From: Torpedo marmorata
Taxonomy: Eukaryota
Direction: 5' to 3'
NCBI GenBank assembly: GCA_977017645.1
Contig: OZ360240.1
Span: 14,198,001-14,262,000, forward strand
Length of the DNA stretch: 64,000 nt
In this document: positions 51,030 through 63,979 of the stretch, one piece after another
Layout: each line of letters starts with the position of its first letter
How positions within the stretch are numbered: the stretch's first letter is position 1
Position numbers and translations under genes: made by a program
Notes under the pieces: model-generated
Seen by the model: only the letters and a program-made list of their open reading frames with translations
Told to the model about the DNA's origin: nothing
The model's database searches: none

Positions 51030-51554
51030 CTTTTAAAATAAGTAAGACCACTTTCAAATTGTTTCTAAGAAAAGAGGACATCACCATACGTTACTCCTGA
51101 TTAAGAAAGAAATCATCGTGAACCTCACAGTTCCGTAACCCTAACAAGATAGGGGGAAATTTGTGAACACACTCGTATGAAGACTATCTCTGAAAGACCA
51201 CTCATCAACAGACGTGTGAGTTTGAAAGAAATCGAATACTCCATTCTTGCTTTATAATAACTTCTGAATCACAATTTAAAGGGATCCTGAAGTTCAATAA
51301 AAGAAGTTGGAAACTGGACTTTAAAAATTGACTTTTTCAGATTTAAGTTTAAATTGAAATAGTTTGGACTTTAACACATACACATTTACATTTGCGCATA
51401 ATGGAGTTTAAGTTAGAGTTAAGTTTAGAGATAAGTAAGATATGTTATGTTATTAATAGTTTAAATAAAAACTATTTTTGAGTTTACCATTTTCTGGTGC
51501 ATATTCCATTGCTGTTCCTTTGTTAGTACTAACAGAGTTTGTTAGTTCGTAACA
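51030..51554 (+). mobile_element. Possible partial solo LTR
   Basis: Ends ...gttcgtaaca, with AATAAA upstream; no 5' TG end identified. Confidence 0.35.
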
Positions 51555-52290
51555 AGTACGAGTTGGAACATTTTGTTACAGTTATGCAGGAAGTTGGCGA
51601 GACTGCACCTGGAATACTGCATGCCGTTCTGCTTACCATACTATAGGGTGCGTTTAAACTAGAGAAAGTGCAGAAAATATTCTGAAGGGGGCTGGTGGGA
51701 CTGAAGGACTCGAGTTACAAGGAGAGACCAAATACACTGGGACTGTTTTCCCTGGAGTAAAGGAAGTTTGGGGGTGGGGTGGGGGGTGACCTTATAGAGA
51801 TATATAGTCATAAGGGCCATAGATAAAGGTGGATAGACCCAATCGTTACCCAGGCAGGGGAGTTTAAGACAAGGGGGGCACAGGTTAAAGGTGAGAAGAG
51901 AGGTAAAAGGGGTACCGAGGAGCAAGTTTATCCACCTAGAGAGCGGTTGATCAATGGAATATCTGCCAGAGGTGGTTGTAGAGCTGGGTACAATTATAAC
52001 ACAAGAGATTGAGACAAATGCATAGATAGGAAAGGTTTAGAGCAGTGGTTCTCAACCTTCTTTTTCTACTCACATACCACCTTAAGTAATCCCTTACTAA
52101 CCACAGAGCACCTGTGGCATCCTAAGCCATAGGTGCTCTGTGGTTAGTAAGGGATTACTTAAGGTGGTACGCGAGTGGAAAAAAAGGTTGAGAACCACTG
52201 GTTTAGAGGGATACGGGATCAACACATGGAACTAGCTCAGATCAGCATGGACGAGTTGGGCCAAAGGGCCTTTTGCCCTGCTGTACAACT
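51555..52290 (+). mobile_element. CR1 LINE 3' fragment interrupted by a hAT MITE
   Basis: gactgcacctggaatactg...gggccaaagggcc..tgctgtacaactct. Confidence 0.75.
52043..52200. mobile_element. Solo palindromic hAT MITE (monomer related to the composite)
   Basis: TIR cagtggttctcaacc; perfect TSD gtttagag. Confidence 0.9.
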
Positions 52291-53402
52291 CTCTCTAATA
52301 GTAACCATTTAACATCTGACACTTGATGCTCATTATAACATGAGCATAATTTATCTTCAATTAAGTTATAATTAACCAAATTACAATTTATCTGCATCAA
52401 CCCTGACAGATCAATTCCATTTGATAGACCAAGTGGATTGACCAGAGTGCTGCTGCATAAAACTATGGTTAATCTTACCAGCAAACTAGCTGCTAACGCT
52501 AATAAAATACGAGTACCGTAAAAGCATGCTCCTTGAGGCTCATGCAAGCCCTACTTCAGATGTCCTTCAATAAATTATGGGATTACAATGATGCTATCAA
52601 ATGGCAAATAGGAAATTAGGCCAACTAGTCCAAAGGTACTGCAGTCTATTTAGATGGCATTTACTGCAATGAAGCAGACGTTTTTTTAAATTCCTCCCCT
52701 AATTGAATGTATCACACTTCAAACAAATATGTTAGAATTCATCCAGTAAATAAGCTGCCGAAATGTAAATGTTTTATAAATGTTTGCTGAACGTGCAAAG
52801 CCCCACAGCTAGAACAATAGTAACTATGAAGTGTAGTAACCACATTTCTAACCTCATCTTCCATCTCTCTCCCCCAACATCTTCACAACTGCCTCGCATG
52901 CAAAATTTCAGTTTTGCACCATTACAAATGTATTTATGAAAGTTTCATAGTTTCTTTGTTTTGAAGAATTTTTGTAAACATTGCTCTTGTAGATATTGAT
53001 AACTAGAGATACTGTAATGGGGACTCACAGCATATTAGCCAATGATTTCACAATGCGATGCAAATAATCACTTCCTGATCTGAGATGCTTGAAGCACCAC
53101 TCAGGTGACACTATTTAATGAATAATTACGTATTCAACTCTGTGCCTGTTGAAACATTACTGTGAAAGGAAAAGGAGTTGTTTCAGTTAAAATTACATGC
53201 AAAAGGGATTTGATGTATTAAGAAATTATTTTGTTTAGGGCAGTGGATGAGGTACCAATCAGCGAGGTTACTCGGTCCTGTATATGATGGCTTTAAGAGC
53301 TTTAAAAAACAAGCTTCAAGAATGCTCAGTGTCCCAAAAGAGCACAACACCCAAACAAACGTCAAAGAATGCATCATAAGGGGCTTTAGACTTCCGTTAG
53401 AC

Positions 53403-53778
53403 CAGTGGTTTTAAAACTGCCCCCCTAAACTCACATTCCAACTTAAGCAATCCCTATGCCATAAGTGCTCTGTGATTAGTAAGGGATTGCTTAAGGTGGT
53501 ATGTGAGTGGAAAGAAAAAGTTTGAAAACCACTGTTTTAATTGTACGTAATTGATTCGTTATGTGCACGGTTTCATAACTCCAAAGGAAATGGGCCAATG
53601 ACAATTTTTCTCAAGCAAAATATTTCAGTAACAATTGGGTCTAGAGCAGTGGTTCTCAACCTTCCCTTCCCACTCACATACCACCTTAAGCAATCCCTTA
53701 CTAATCTCAGAGCACTTATGGCATTAGGGATTCCTTAAGGTGGAATGTGAGTTTAGGGGAGCAGTTTGAAAACCACTA
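53403..53778. mobile_element. Second copy of the 376-bp composite hAT MITE, opposite orientation
   Basis: Perfect TSD cgttagac; same spacer as 2050-2425 in reverse complement. Confidence 0.9.
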
Positions 53779-55258
53779 CGTTAGACTATTATCCATCTTC
53801 CCTTGGCCACCGATTCTGATATAGCAAAAAGTACCATCTGCCACAATATTATTGTAGGACTCCACAGAACACAGTATAAGAGGGATTTAGGTGGGGTGAT
53901 TCGCTCGCAAAAGCAAAAATCCAACACTTTATCCAAATAACATTCAGATTTAGTTTTTTTCCCCCAATGGAAGAGAATGAACTATGGTACTTTGATTTAA
54001 CATTTTTCAAGCTTGACACAAATTTTGTGCTGATCTGCTTCAGCAGCCGATAAAACAGTATACATCTGTGTCTAAACATTAACTCCATGTAACAAAATAA
54101 AAATGCAGTATTGGACATCATACAAAGAAAGAATCTGGCCATGCCAAGGTACTTCATACTGAAGCACAACTCCAAAAATGCAGATTCTATCCCTATTTCA
54201 CCTGGGTTTTAATTGGATGTGGAAGCAAGTCCTCTACACAGGATACTGCAGATGCTGGAATAGGTGGGAGGTGATGGAATTGCACATGGGAAGTGGGGAG
54301 AGAAATAAAAACACCTCTGCTAGAATACTGAATTTGCTAAAGACGCAAGACAGTCACCTGCCTTTCTTTTTTAAAAAAATTCCATGGTTCAGTAAGACCC
54401 TAATGTAGATCAAGCTCTTCCTTGCCATAGGATTAACAGTTAAATGTGGAAAGCAGAAATTTCTGTTGTAGTTCAAAAAGTGACAGACAAATCCCGTTAG
54501 AATTAGTATCACTCAAATTAAAAGGCAGGCAAGTAATTTAGATATTTACCTAAATTTCCCAAACTCATCTGATGTAGAAACTCTTCAATCAGTTGTTCCT
54601 TGAGTGAGTCTGGCAGATTTTTCTTTAACGTTTTTTGCCTTTACCCCAGAAATTTATGTAAGAGGGAAGACTGGATTCACAACAATTAAGTTGTGACTTC
54701 TCAACTTGATGGACTAAGCTTATTCCATTTCCAAGCTTTGTAAATATAGTCAAGAAATGAAATTTACTTTTAGAAAGAGTCTTTAAATCCATTTGACCTA
54801 CCCTCCCCCTGCTTTCCCCATGTCATTCCTGTTTAAAATGTCGATTCAACTTTTTCCATTTTTAATGAATGGTCTGTCAACTGGTAATGCAAACTTTATT
54901 TCTCTCTCCATGGCCTGTGAAAAATTACACCATATATACCAAATAGTTATTGGGACTAGGAATGTTTAACACCATTGTTTTGGTAAAATGCAGAGTTACT
55001 CTGCCAACAAATAACCACAATGCTGAAAATATAAACCCAAGAGCACAAATGGATCAGCTATTTGATTACATTAATCAGGGCAAAGAAACCGCCAAAATAT
55101 TTTGCACAATTCTATATCACTAAAGCAAAAAAAAATGAATAATTTTCAAAATGTGCTTTGTAGCTTTTTTGCCAAACTTAGTGAAATCATTCATAACTTT
55201 TGCATTAGTAATATTCATATTTTTCTTGAAAGTAATTCAATATTTTAAAATATAACTA

Positions 55259-55342
55259 CCGTATATACTCGTGTAAAAGTCGAGGTTTTTTTTTTAAAGA
55301 CCATTTTTTAACGTTAAATTTATGGGGTCGACTATTACATGG
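55259..55342. mobile_element. One end of a pogo/Tigger-like element
   Basis: ta|ccgtatatactcgtgtaaaagtcga...ggggtcgacta, related to the 11427 TIR. Confidence 0.55.
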
Positions 55343-56641
55343 TCCAAAATAAACCAAGATTGCAATGATCATTTAGAAGTGGATCTTTTTCATCTCAAAT
55401 ATTTCACCTTCCTTCTCCCCCAGTCCCAAACTTGACATCACATCACCATGTGTGATTGGACTCTGGAAACTGGCACTGGATGAGATTAACGCAATGTTCA
55501 GCTCTCAGGGTGTACAATGCATAACTGCATAGCAATTCCCACTCCAGAACAACAATCTTGTGATAAGCAAATAATTAACTGGTGCAGCAATCTAATGTTT
55601 ACCGGGGACTTTGTCACAGCAGCATGCAGGCCAGCTAAATGCACTTTAAACAAATAGCCTCAAAATATGCAACCAACGATGCCACTTATACCATTGCAAT
55701 TTGTGTACTGACCTTGGTCAGCTGCTTGTAACAAAAGGAATGTGGATTTTAAAAACTTCAAACAATATTATTCATAATTAGATCAGCAATCAAAAACATG
55801 TTATGCACTTTAACATCCAGTTGAAAGAACACGTCATGTGCCTAAGTATGCTCACGAGTTACTCTATACAAATATAGGAACAAAAACACCTGGAACTCAT
55901 CAACATCATCCACAAGATTTTCTCCATGAGGCATATAGAACCCATAAAAGATTTTTACTCAGCAAACCATTTCTTTCAGGCCTGAGGTCACCAACACTAA
56001 TGAGAATGCGTGTCTGTGTACTTCCATGGTTATTATCTACTCATCCCCTCCCCCATCTCCAACATTGCCAAAGGTTCATTGCCACCAAAATGCAAAAGTA
56101 AATGGCAACTTCCAAAATAAAAACTTTCCTTGCAGTCTCAGAAAAGAAATTTCACAACCTTAAAAATAAACCAACATTTAACAATCTCATTTTGTCTTGA
56201 CATGGGCAGAAAATGCCCCAAGGGGTTTCACAAATATTCAACAAAACCAGATGCCTTGTGAAAGTAAAGAATGGGAGTGGTGACCAAAAGTTCAAAAGAG
56301 TTTCATTACAAATAATGTTTTGAGTGGAAAGGAAGACGACTTGATAGTGAAATAAAAATGGGAGTAGAACCACAGCAAACAACGGCAGAGTATGAAGAAT
56401 TCAGCAGAGCTAAAAGTCAGACCAGAGTTTCAAACTAGGAGAGCAGAAGCAGGTACAATAGATGAGGAACAACAAGGCAGAAAAGACAACAGTCCATGCA
56501 TTTATATTTGTTTATATTCAGGTCAAGGTGCTTTGAAATCAAGAGCATTCGCCACAACAGAAATAGACTATCATTACAAAGTATGTACATACCCAGATAT
56601 GCTTAAAACACACTTGTTTGTAATCAGAAACACAAAATTAA

Positions 56642-56876
56642 CAATAGCCTGAATACGACTGGGATTGTCTGATCTCGGATGCTAAGCAGGCACAGGACTG
56701 GTCAGTACTTGGAGGGGAGACTGCCTAGGAACACCAGGTGCTGTAGGTTTCTGTGAGGGGTGCTGGACAAAGTAGTGACTCTCTGTCTGCCTTACGGTAG
56801 ACAAAAATTAAAGAATTTCATGTCTGTTACATTCTAAATGTAGTATTACGTGACAGTAATGGAACCTTTACCTTTA
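56642..56876 (+). mobile_element. 5S rRNA-derived SINE, copy D
   Basis: 5S head plus shared tail. Confidence 0.9.
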
Positions 56877-57616
56877 AATTCCAACACATCCATTACAATT
56901 GACAATAGTTACATGTTATTTCTCACACACAATGATCTGATTTATTGATGCAATCTGATGCCACAGTCTAAGATTACAGTTTAAAAACAAGTAACGAGGG
57001 TTCTAAATTACACGGCTCAGTTGAACCAGAGTCCTGCTGCACTACAAAATGTTAAGATGGTTCCCTAAAAGTATTACATCTAAGAAAGAAAAGTATCTCA
57101 AGGCATGTATGCAAACTTATTCATATTTGACAGTCAGAAAAACATGAACCTATGCCAGATAAATGCTCAGTGGACCATTGCTTGCAGTGCAATTTAATAT
57201 TTGACAAGAAAGCCTTTAACTTCAAAGCAAAATGGTTTCTACCCATTACAAATTGGGTTAATTTGATCCTCCAAGTAAATACTATGATTAGGTAGGTACG
57301 ATATTGAGATGGCAAGAAAAAAAAATGACCCCAGCACATTCCACCCTACTTGTCATTAAGCGTCCGCCTGGTTACTAATAATTAGAACAGCACCAGGTAT
57401 TGATAACAATAAATAACATGCGGGTGACAAGATGATGGAATCTACTAAAGGCAACATTTCCCTTTATTTCTAAGGTGATAAACTCATAAATACCTTAAAG
57501 TTTTAAAAAAAAAGCAGCATAGGGATTGTACCTAATGTAATCCAGCAAGGACTCCTTTCATTAAGTATGGAAGGATCAATACCTCCTGCAAAACTGCCAC
57601 ACTGGAAAGTAGATAC

Positions 57617-58349
57617 TCAGAATCAGAATCAGAATTTATTGTCATGAACAAGTCATGAAATTCGGTGTTTTGCGGCAGCATCATAGTGCAATTAACATTC
57701 ATATTAACCATCTAATGACATTACTATAAAAAAATTATAAACAATAGTGCACGAAAAGTAAGGCAGTGTCTTTGGTTCATTGATTATTCAGGAATCTGAT
57801 GGCAGCGGGGAAGAAGCTGTCCTTGTGCCGTTGAGTGCTCGACTTTAGGCTCCTGTACCTTTTTCCCGATGGAAGCAGAGTGAAGAGGGCATGGCCTGGG
57901 TGGTGGGGGTCTTTGAGGATAGAGGCTGCTTTTTTAAGACTCCGCCTCATGTAGATGTCCTCGATGGAGTGAAGTTTGGTGCCTGTGATGTCACAGGCCG
58001 AGTTAACAACCCTCTGGAGTTTACTCTTGTCCTGGGAGTTGGCGCCTCCATACCAGGCAGTGATGCAATCAGCCAGAATGCTCTCCACGGTACACCTGTA
58101 GAAGTTTACGAGAGTCTTTGGTGACATACCGAATCTCTGCAGACACCTCACAAAGTATAGCCGCTGACGAGCCTTCTTTGTGATTGCATCAACGTGGATG
58201 CTCCAGGACAGATCCTCGGAGATGTTGACACCCAGGAATTTGAAGTTCTTGACCCTCTCCACTACTGAGCCCTCGATGAGGACTGGGTCGTGTTCCCCTG
58301 ACTTTTTCCTGAAGTCCACAATCATCTCCTTGGTTTTGCTGACGTTGAG
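57617..58349 (-). mobile_element. Young 5'-truncated Rex1/Babar LINE
   Basis: Uninterrupted 182-aa ORF MIVDFRK...FKFLGVNISEDLSW...FYRCTVESIL...SFFPAAIRFLN; 3' (TTCTGA)n tail. Confidence 0.92.
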
Positions 58350-59840
58350 TTTTGCTGACTTTAATTGAACCTATCAACATATCAATTTTTATTCCACTCA
58401 ATCCAAATAGAAATCCTTCCCATTTTAACACACCTGAAAGGACTTTAAATAATTGGCTATTACTATTTAATAGTCAAATACTAGTACTTCCTAAATTTAC
58501 AACGTTTACGTTCTAGCTCGATCAAATCCCAAAAGCCACCTTTTTTTTTTAAATCAACGGCTTGTGCTCCAAGTAAAGACCAAGTTCAAAGCATAGCTTT
58601 CTTAATAACATAATTATTTAATCAGCAGTTTAGAGGCAAAAATTACTTTAATGTTCTCTATTATCTCTAATTAGAATCAAACTTGAAAGTGTGTATAAAT
58701 TAAATGGAACTAATGTAGCACAATCCAAAAATCAACCAACAATCTGATACAGGTTGAAGCAAAAAAAAATTTAATTTAATAAAATGAAGTTTGATCTAAA
58801 TCTTCAAACACTTTGTTATCCAATGACTTACATGTTAAACAGAAAACGTAAAAAGTTATTCACTGAAATGAAAGAAAAATTAAGCATGTAAACACTAAAG
58901 AACCTTGTTATTTTAACCTCTGAGCTGCAGTGTTCATTTCTGTTAAATGCAGGATGCCTATCTCTCTAGCTACAGATTTCACTCAGCTGTCATTAACAGT
59001 TTTAGCAAGACACAGCTGGAACAAAGGAAACAGTCAGTTTCTGTCCAAATGATAGGGCTTTCAAACTGTGACCCATTTTCTTATCTGCACATTTAAATCA
59101 CCAAACTTTGATGCAGTCATCACCTTTAACTTTAACAAGGTATATCAAAATGTTCACACCAAAGCACAAATTTTCTAACAGTTGTTAAGTTTCCTACAAG
59201 TATAGCCAAATGCATGAAACAAAAAAAGGCTTCCTGCCAACAAATGAACAAATCTAACCGATAATGGGAAAACACATTTTGCCAAAACCACCAGTTGGAC
59301 TGCACGTCATTTATAATTTTGACTGAAAAAAAATAGTAAAGTTCGCTGACTGCTCTTGTAGACATTGAACTATAATGATCCTTTTGTTGAGAAAGTCCAT
59401 TTTTGAAGTTTTACGAGTCAGAAAACTATAAGCAATTTAACGAGTTGCTCAATCTACACAACACAACCACTGCAGACGTCCAGAGGAAGGATGTTCTTCC
59501 AGGGAACAGAATTGTCCCCACAGGAACCAAGCTACAATCATGAACATATTTTCAGGCAGTAATAATTCATCCTGTACCACTGATTGCTTCAGTAATTTAA
59601 AATCCAGTCAAAATGAAAACTTCACAGGTGTGCCAAAACATTTAATATACTGTAGTTAGAACCTTTAATCTGTCCCAGTATAAAGCATGTGCCAAACATC
59701 TTATTAATGCAGTAAACACTCTACCCAAATCTTCAAGCAAATCTATATCCTAATTACAAAATGCATGTCATTACCTTCAAAAGCACAGTTAAAGGATACG
59801 TCCTTTAATTACAAAGTGCAAGTTTAGGGTTAATAGGTCA

Positions 59841-59935
59841 CATTGTTACATTGTACTAATCTGTAGCAATTCTTTAAATAATGATCAAATATGGGAGAAA
59901 TTTTAAATTGGTGATCATGGGGGGAGGGGGAGGAA
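59841..59935 (+). repeat. Copy 1 of a ~95-bp direct repeat
   Basis: Near-identical to 61178-61274. Confidence 0.9.
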
Positions 59936-60579
59936 GAGAAACATTTTAGATTTCTGTAATAATTGTGTCTTTTCAGTAAAACTATGAAGTGCTATTACTA
60001 TGTACTCCATTCAGGACACACTACCCATTAAATTAGCTGCAAATAAAAGGTACTGTTAGAAAAGAATTGCAACCAAAGTGGTAGATTTAAGCAATTAGAA
60101 AGACACAATTACTATAGCTGGCTGATATATTTGAGAGAGAATGCCAGGTGAAGTGAAAATAGATTCCAAAATCGAAAGCAGACAAAATGTTGTGGTGAGA
60201 AAGGCAAGTTTCTCTTCTGGTTACAATAGTCTTACCAAGTTAGTAGTTCAAAGTCATAGATTTAATTCATGAAACAGGAAGTTCAATACTATGTTTCTGA
60301 AACTAACTTTTCCCGTTTATTTGGCTAACTCGTGGTCATTTATCATTCCCTATGTAAAGATGCTATAAGGTACATAACCCAGCAAAAAGATTTCTACCCA
60401 AAACAGTATTTTTGTTTCAATTCTAATTTATTAAAGCTGCTTGAAAATTCAAGGCTGTATTAATCCTAAACCATAACTGAAAGTTTTTTTTTAAGTTAAT
60501 ATGGGATCTGACTGCCACACCTTTGCTCAACTATGGTTAATATTAAGAACTATGTGCTCTTTATAATTGTGTGCAGGAA

Positions 60580-60830
60580 TGGACAGCACGGTTAGCGTAG
60601 CGGTTAGCGTAATGTTGATACAGCGCCAACGACCCGGGTTCGAATCTGGCGCTGTCTATAAGGAGTGTGCACGTTCTCCCAGTGTCTGCGTTGGTTTCGT
60701 CTGGGTGCTCCAGTTTCCTGCCACCCTTCAGAAACGTACGGGGGTTGTAGGTCAATTGGGTGCAATTAGGCGGGACGGGCTCGTGGGCCGGAAGGGCCTG
60801 CTATCGTGCTGTATGTCCAATTTTTTTTTA
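60580..60830 (+). mobile_element. V-SINE
   Basis: Full head, V-domain and tail. Confidence 0.88.
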
Positions 60831-61177
60831 TGACAAAAATGCATCGTTCGCTATTTACATCCAGGCCTAATTGTCAACATCAAGATTTGGAAGAGATTTC
60901 CAAGAAATGGACAGCTCTTATCAATTCTGCCTTCATGTTAATATTGCATTAAAAAAAAATTAGTTTTTATGCAATCAATGAGCATTCCTCGAGCATGTTA
61001 CAAGTAATATTGCAAAGACACAAAGTAAAAAGACACTTACAATAAAGTAAATTTGGGGTTGTGAAGATAAAACATATGGTGGGAGAAGAACATTTATAAA
61101 GAAAACAAACATAAAAGGCTAAGTTGTAGTTGATTGGACTGTTTCAGATGAACAGGGAGGGAGAGGTCAGAGAAACG

Positions 61178-61274
61178 CATTGTTACATTGTACTAATCTG
61201 TAGCAATTCTTTAAATAATGATCAAATATGGGAGAAATTTTAAATTGGTGATCATTGGGGGGGAGGGGGAGGAA
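61178..61274 (+). repeat. Copy 2 of the ~95-bp direct repeat
   Basis: Near-identical to 59841-59935. Confidence 0.9.
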
Positions 61275-61641
61275 CAGGTTTTGGTAAATCTGTAGAAGAG
61301 CTCACAATGGTAAAAGAACCAAAAGATTCAAAAGTTTGAGAACATCAGTTAGAAAAAAGTTCAATTTCTCACTCAGTTAATGAAGCTCACAAGCTTAAAC
61401 GTCAAAGTTTTAACTCGTGATGAAGGGCTGGATATTAAATGAAAGCGAATACCACAGCAATGGATGGAGATTCACTTGCTGACACAAAAAATCTTGAAGA
61501 TGAGAACCTATTACTGAACGACAAATGCAAGTTATCATACATTTCATGAATAAATCAAATCTGATTTCACTAGCAAATTGCTACAAATGATTATGTATAA
61601 ATGGCAAGGATCAATACAATGATTAAATAAATTCTAGTAAA

Positions 61642-62235
61642 AACACAATGCTGGAGAAAACAGTGGTCAAACATTGTAATTTATAGAGCAAAGAAAAAGA
61701 TACAAAACCAATGTTTCGGGCTTGAGCCCTTCATCAAAGTACGAGCAAAATGTAAGCAGGTGCCCGAATAAAAATGGTAGGGGGGGAGGGGCAGGAGGAG
61801 GAGCAGAGTCCCACAGGCAGGGGGTAATAGGTGGATAAGGGAGGGAGGGAGGGAACACCAGCAAATAAGGAGGAGGGCAATGGCTCTGTGAATGGAGGGG
61901 GAAGGGGGTGGAGAGCTGGAGGAAAGAAGACGAAGGATGGGGAAGAGAGGGAGAATGGGGAGTAAGCCAGCAGAAACCAGAAGTCGATGCTAATGCCATC
62001 CAGCTGGAGAGTGCCCAGACGGAAAATTAGGTGTTGATCTTCTAATTTAATGGTGGTCTGGGTTTGACAGTACATGAGGCCATGGACAGACATGTCAGCA
62101 CGGGAATGAGTCGCAAAATTGAAATGGCTGGCCACCGGGAGATCCCTGCCATTGATGCAGACAGAGCGACGGTGCTCAGCAAAGTGATCACCCAGTCTGC
62201 GTTCAGTCTGTCCGATGTAGAGAAGGCCACAACTG
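61642..62235 (-). mobile_element. Penelope-like element 3' end (GIY-YIG C-terminus plus terminal repeat)
   Basis: CGLLYIGQTERRLGDHFAEH and SHFN..HS..DMSVHGL...EDQHLIFRLGTLQLDG; hammerhead-like core at 61713-61737. Confidence 0.85.
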
Positions 62236-63456
62236 AATAAATTCTAGTCCATTCATAGTCAGTAAATAAATAAAATAAAATACTGTTAAATAAGCATACA
62301 GCCACTTGATGTTGTAAAAGGTTCAGATATTAGTGGAAATCCTATGTGATTGATAATAATACGAACATCCTTTGTAGATTTGTTTGGTACTTGGAAATAC
62401 TGAAGTGATTCCTATTAACTTTGCCTAATACAATGCAAACTTCCACGAAATTATTGTGTATGTAACATGTCTGAAACCTCTCCTTTAAAAGCCTTTTTTG
62501 CCCGACAGCTACTTTTAAGCAATGTGTTTCCTGATGTGATAGACGGCCCGCGCTGTCAAAACAGAAAATACATGGCAGAACCACGGAGCATACAACCAAG
62601 TTTATTACATTACGCTAGCGGGAGTGAGGAATACAAAGTCGGGTAGACGGTGTCACCCTTTCTCAGTACCAAACCTCACTCAAAGAACACAGTGATTTGG
62701 TCCACCTTATATGTTACTTTTTGGCGGTACATTTCTCACAAGTTGTAAAACAGGTTTGTTTGAAGTTGATTGTTCCTGTTCCTTATTAGCATCTGTCTTT
62801 GTGGTTCTTTCTTAGGAATGTAAATTACTGACGTCAAACAGTTAATCATGTTAACAGTTAATCCCGTTTAAGTTTCGGGTCCTTACACATTTGAGGTAAT
62901 GTCTCGAGGGTTTGTCTCTAATATATATCAAACATCTTTGTTTCTTGTGTAGCTTTGGTTTCGTTCTAATTATCCAATGCTAATTATTTATCTGAAGGGT
63001 AAATCAAATCTTTAACACACAAAGTAAAGGAAGTTCTCCTAGCGTCTGACATTCCTGTGTGATATTTCTGCATTCATTTATGTGAATGGTGGTAAGTTCT
63101 GACAGATCGCTTATCAGTCTGCATATGGCAGTGGTTTCCTTTCTGTTAATATAAATACTAATTTGTCTATCTGAAAGGCTAACAAATCTTCTATCAGTAA
63201 ACATGAAACTGTGGCTTGTTTCCATTTATAGTAATGGCAATTGTCAATCTTGTATTAATCAACATAAAGCAGTGGTTCTTTTCCTTAATATTTGTCATTT
63301 CTGTATGACTTAATATAAAATCTTTTACACTGATTGATACTTCATAGCACTTGATGCTTGATTATCTTAAGAAACTGGCCAAATAGTAAAAGTTTCACAA
63401 AATAAAATAGGTAAAATTCTTGCTTACAGAAAGTTGCCAAGTACAATGAAGTTGTT

Positions 63457-63979
63457 GAAACACGAAAGTCTGCAGACACTGTGATTGCAGTAAAAACACA
63501 CCGAAATGCTGGAGGAACTCAGCCGGTCTTTTCAGTGTCTTTTGGAGACAAAGATATATTGCTGATATTTCGGGCCTGAGCCCTTCTTCAAGGAATAAAC
63601 CAGAAGCAGGAAATTTCAGAAAGTCTCAGAATTCAGACAATGCTGGCTGGGGGAGGAATCCAGACCAACAAAAGGTGTTAATTGGATATGATAAGGGACG
63701 AGGTAAGAATTTATCATATTGTGCGAAAGGAGATGGAATGGAGAGACAGAGATAGGGAAAGGGGATGGGGGAAGAAGGGAGGGAGGTGGTTTAACACCTT
63801 TTGTTGGTCTGGATTCCTCTCCCAGCCAGCATTGCCTGAATTCTGAAACTTTTGAGATTTCCTGCTTCTGGCTTATTCCTTGAAGAAGGGGCTCAGGCCC
63901 GAAATGTTGGCAATATATCTTTGTCTCCTATAGATGCTGAAAAGACTTGCTGAGTTCCTCCAGCATTTCGGTGTGTTTT
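63457..63979. mobile_element. Penelope-derived insertion with inverted terminal repeats
   Basis: Arms 63489-63681 and 63791-63982; 15-bp flanking direct repeat tacaatgaagttgtt. Confidence 0.85.
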
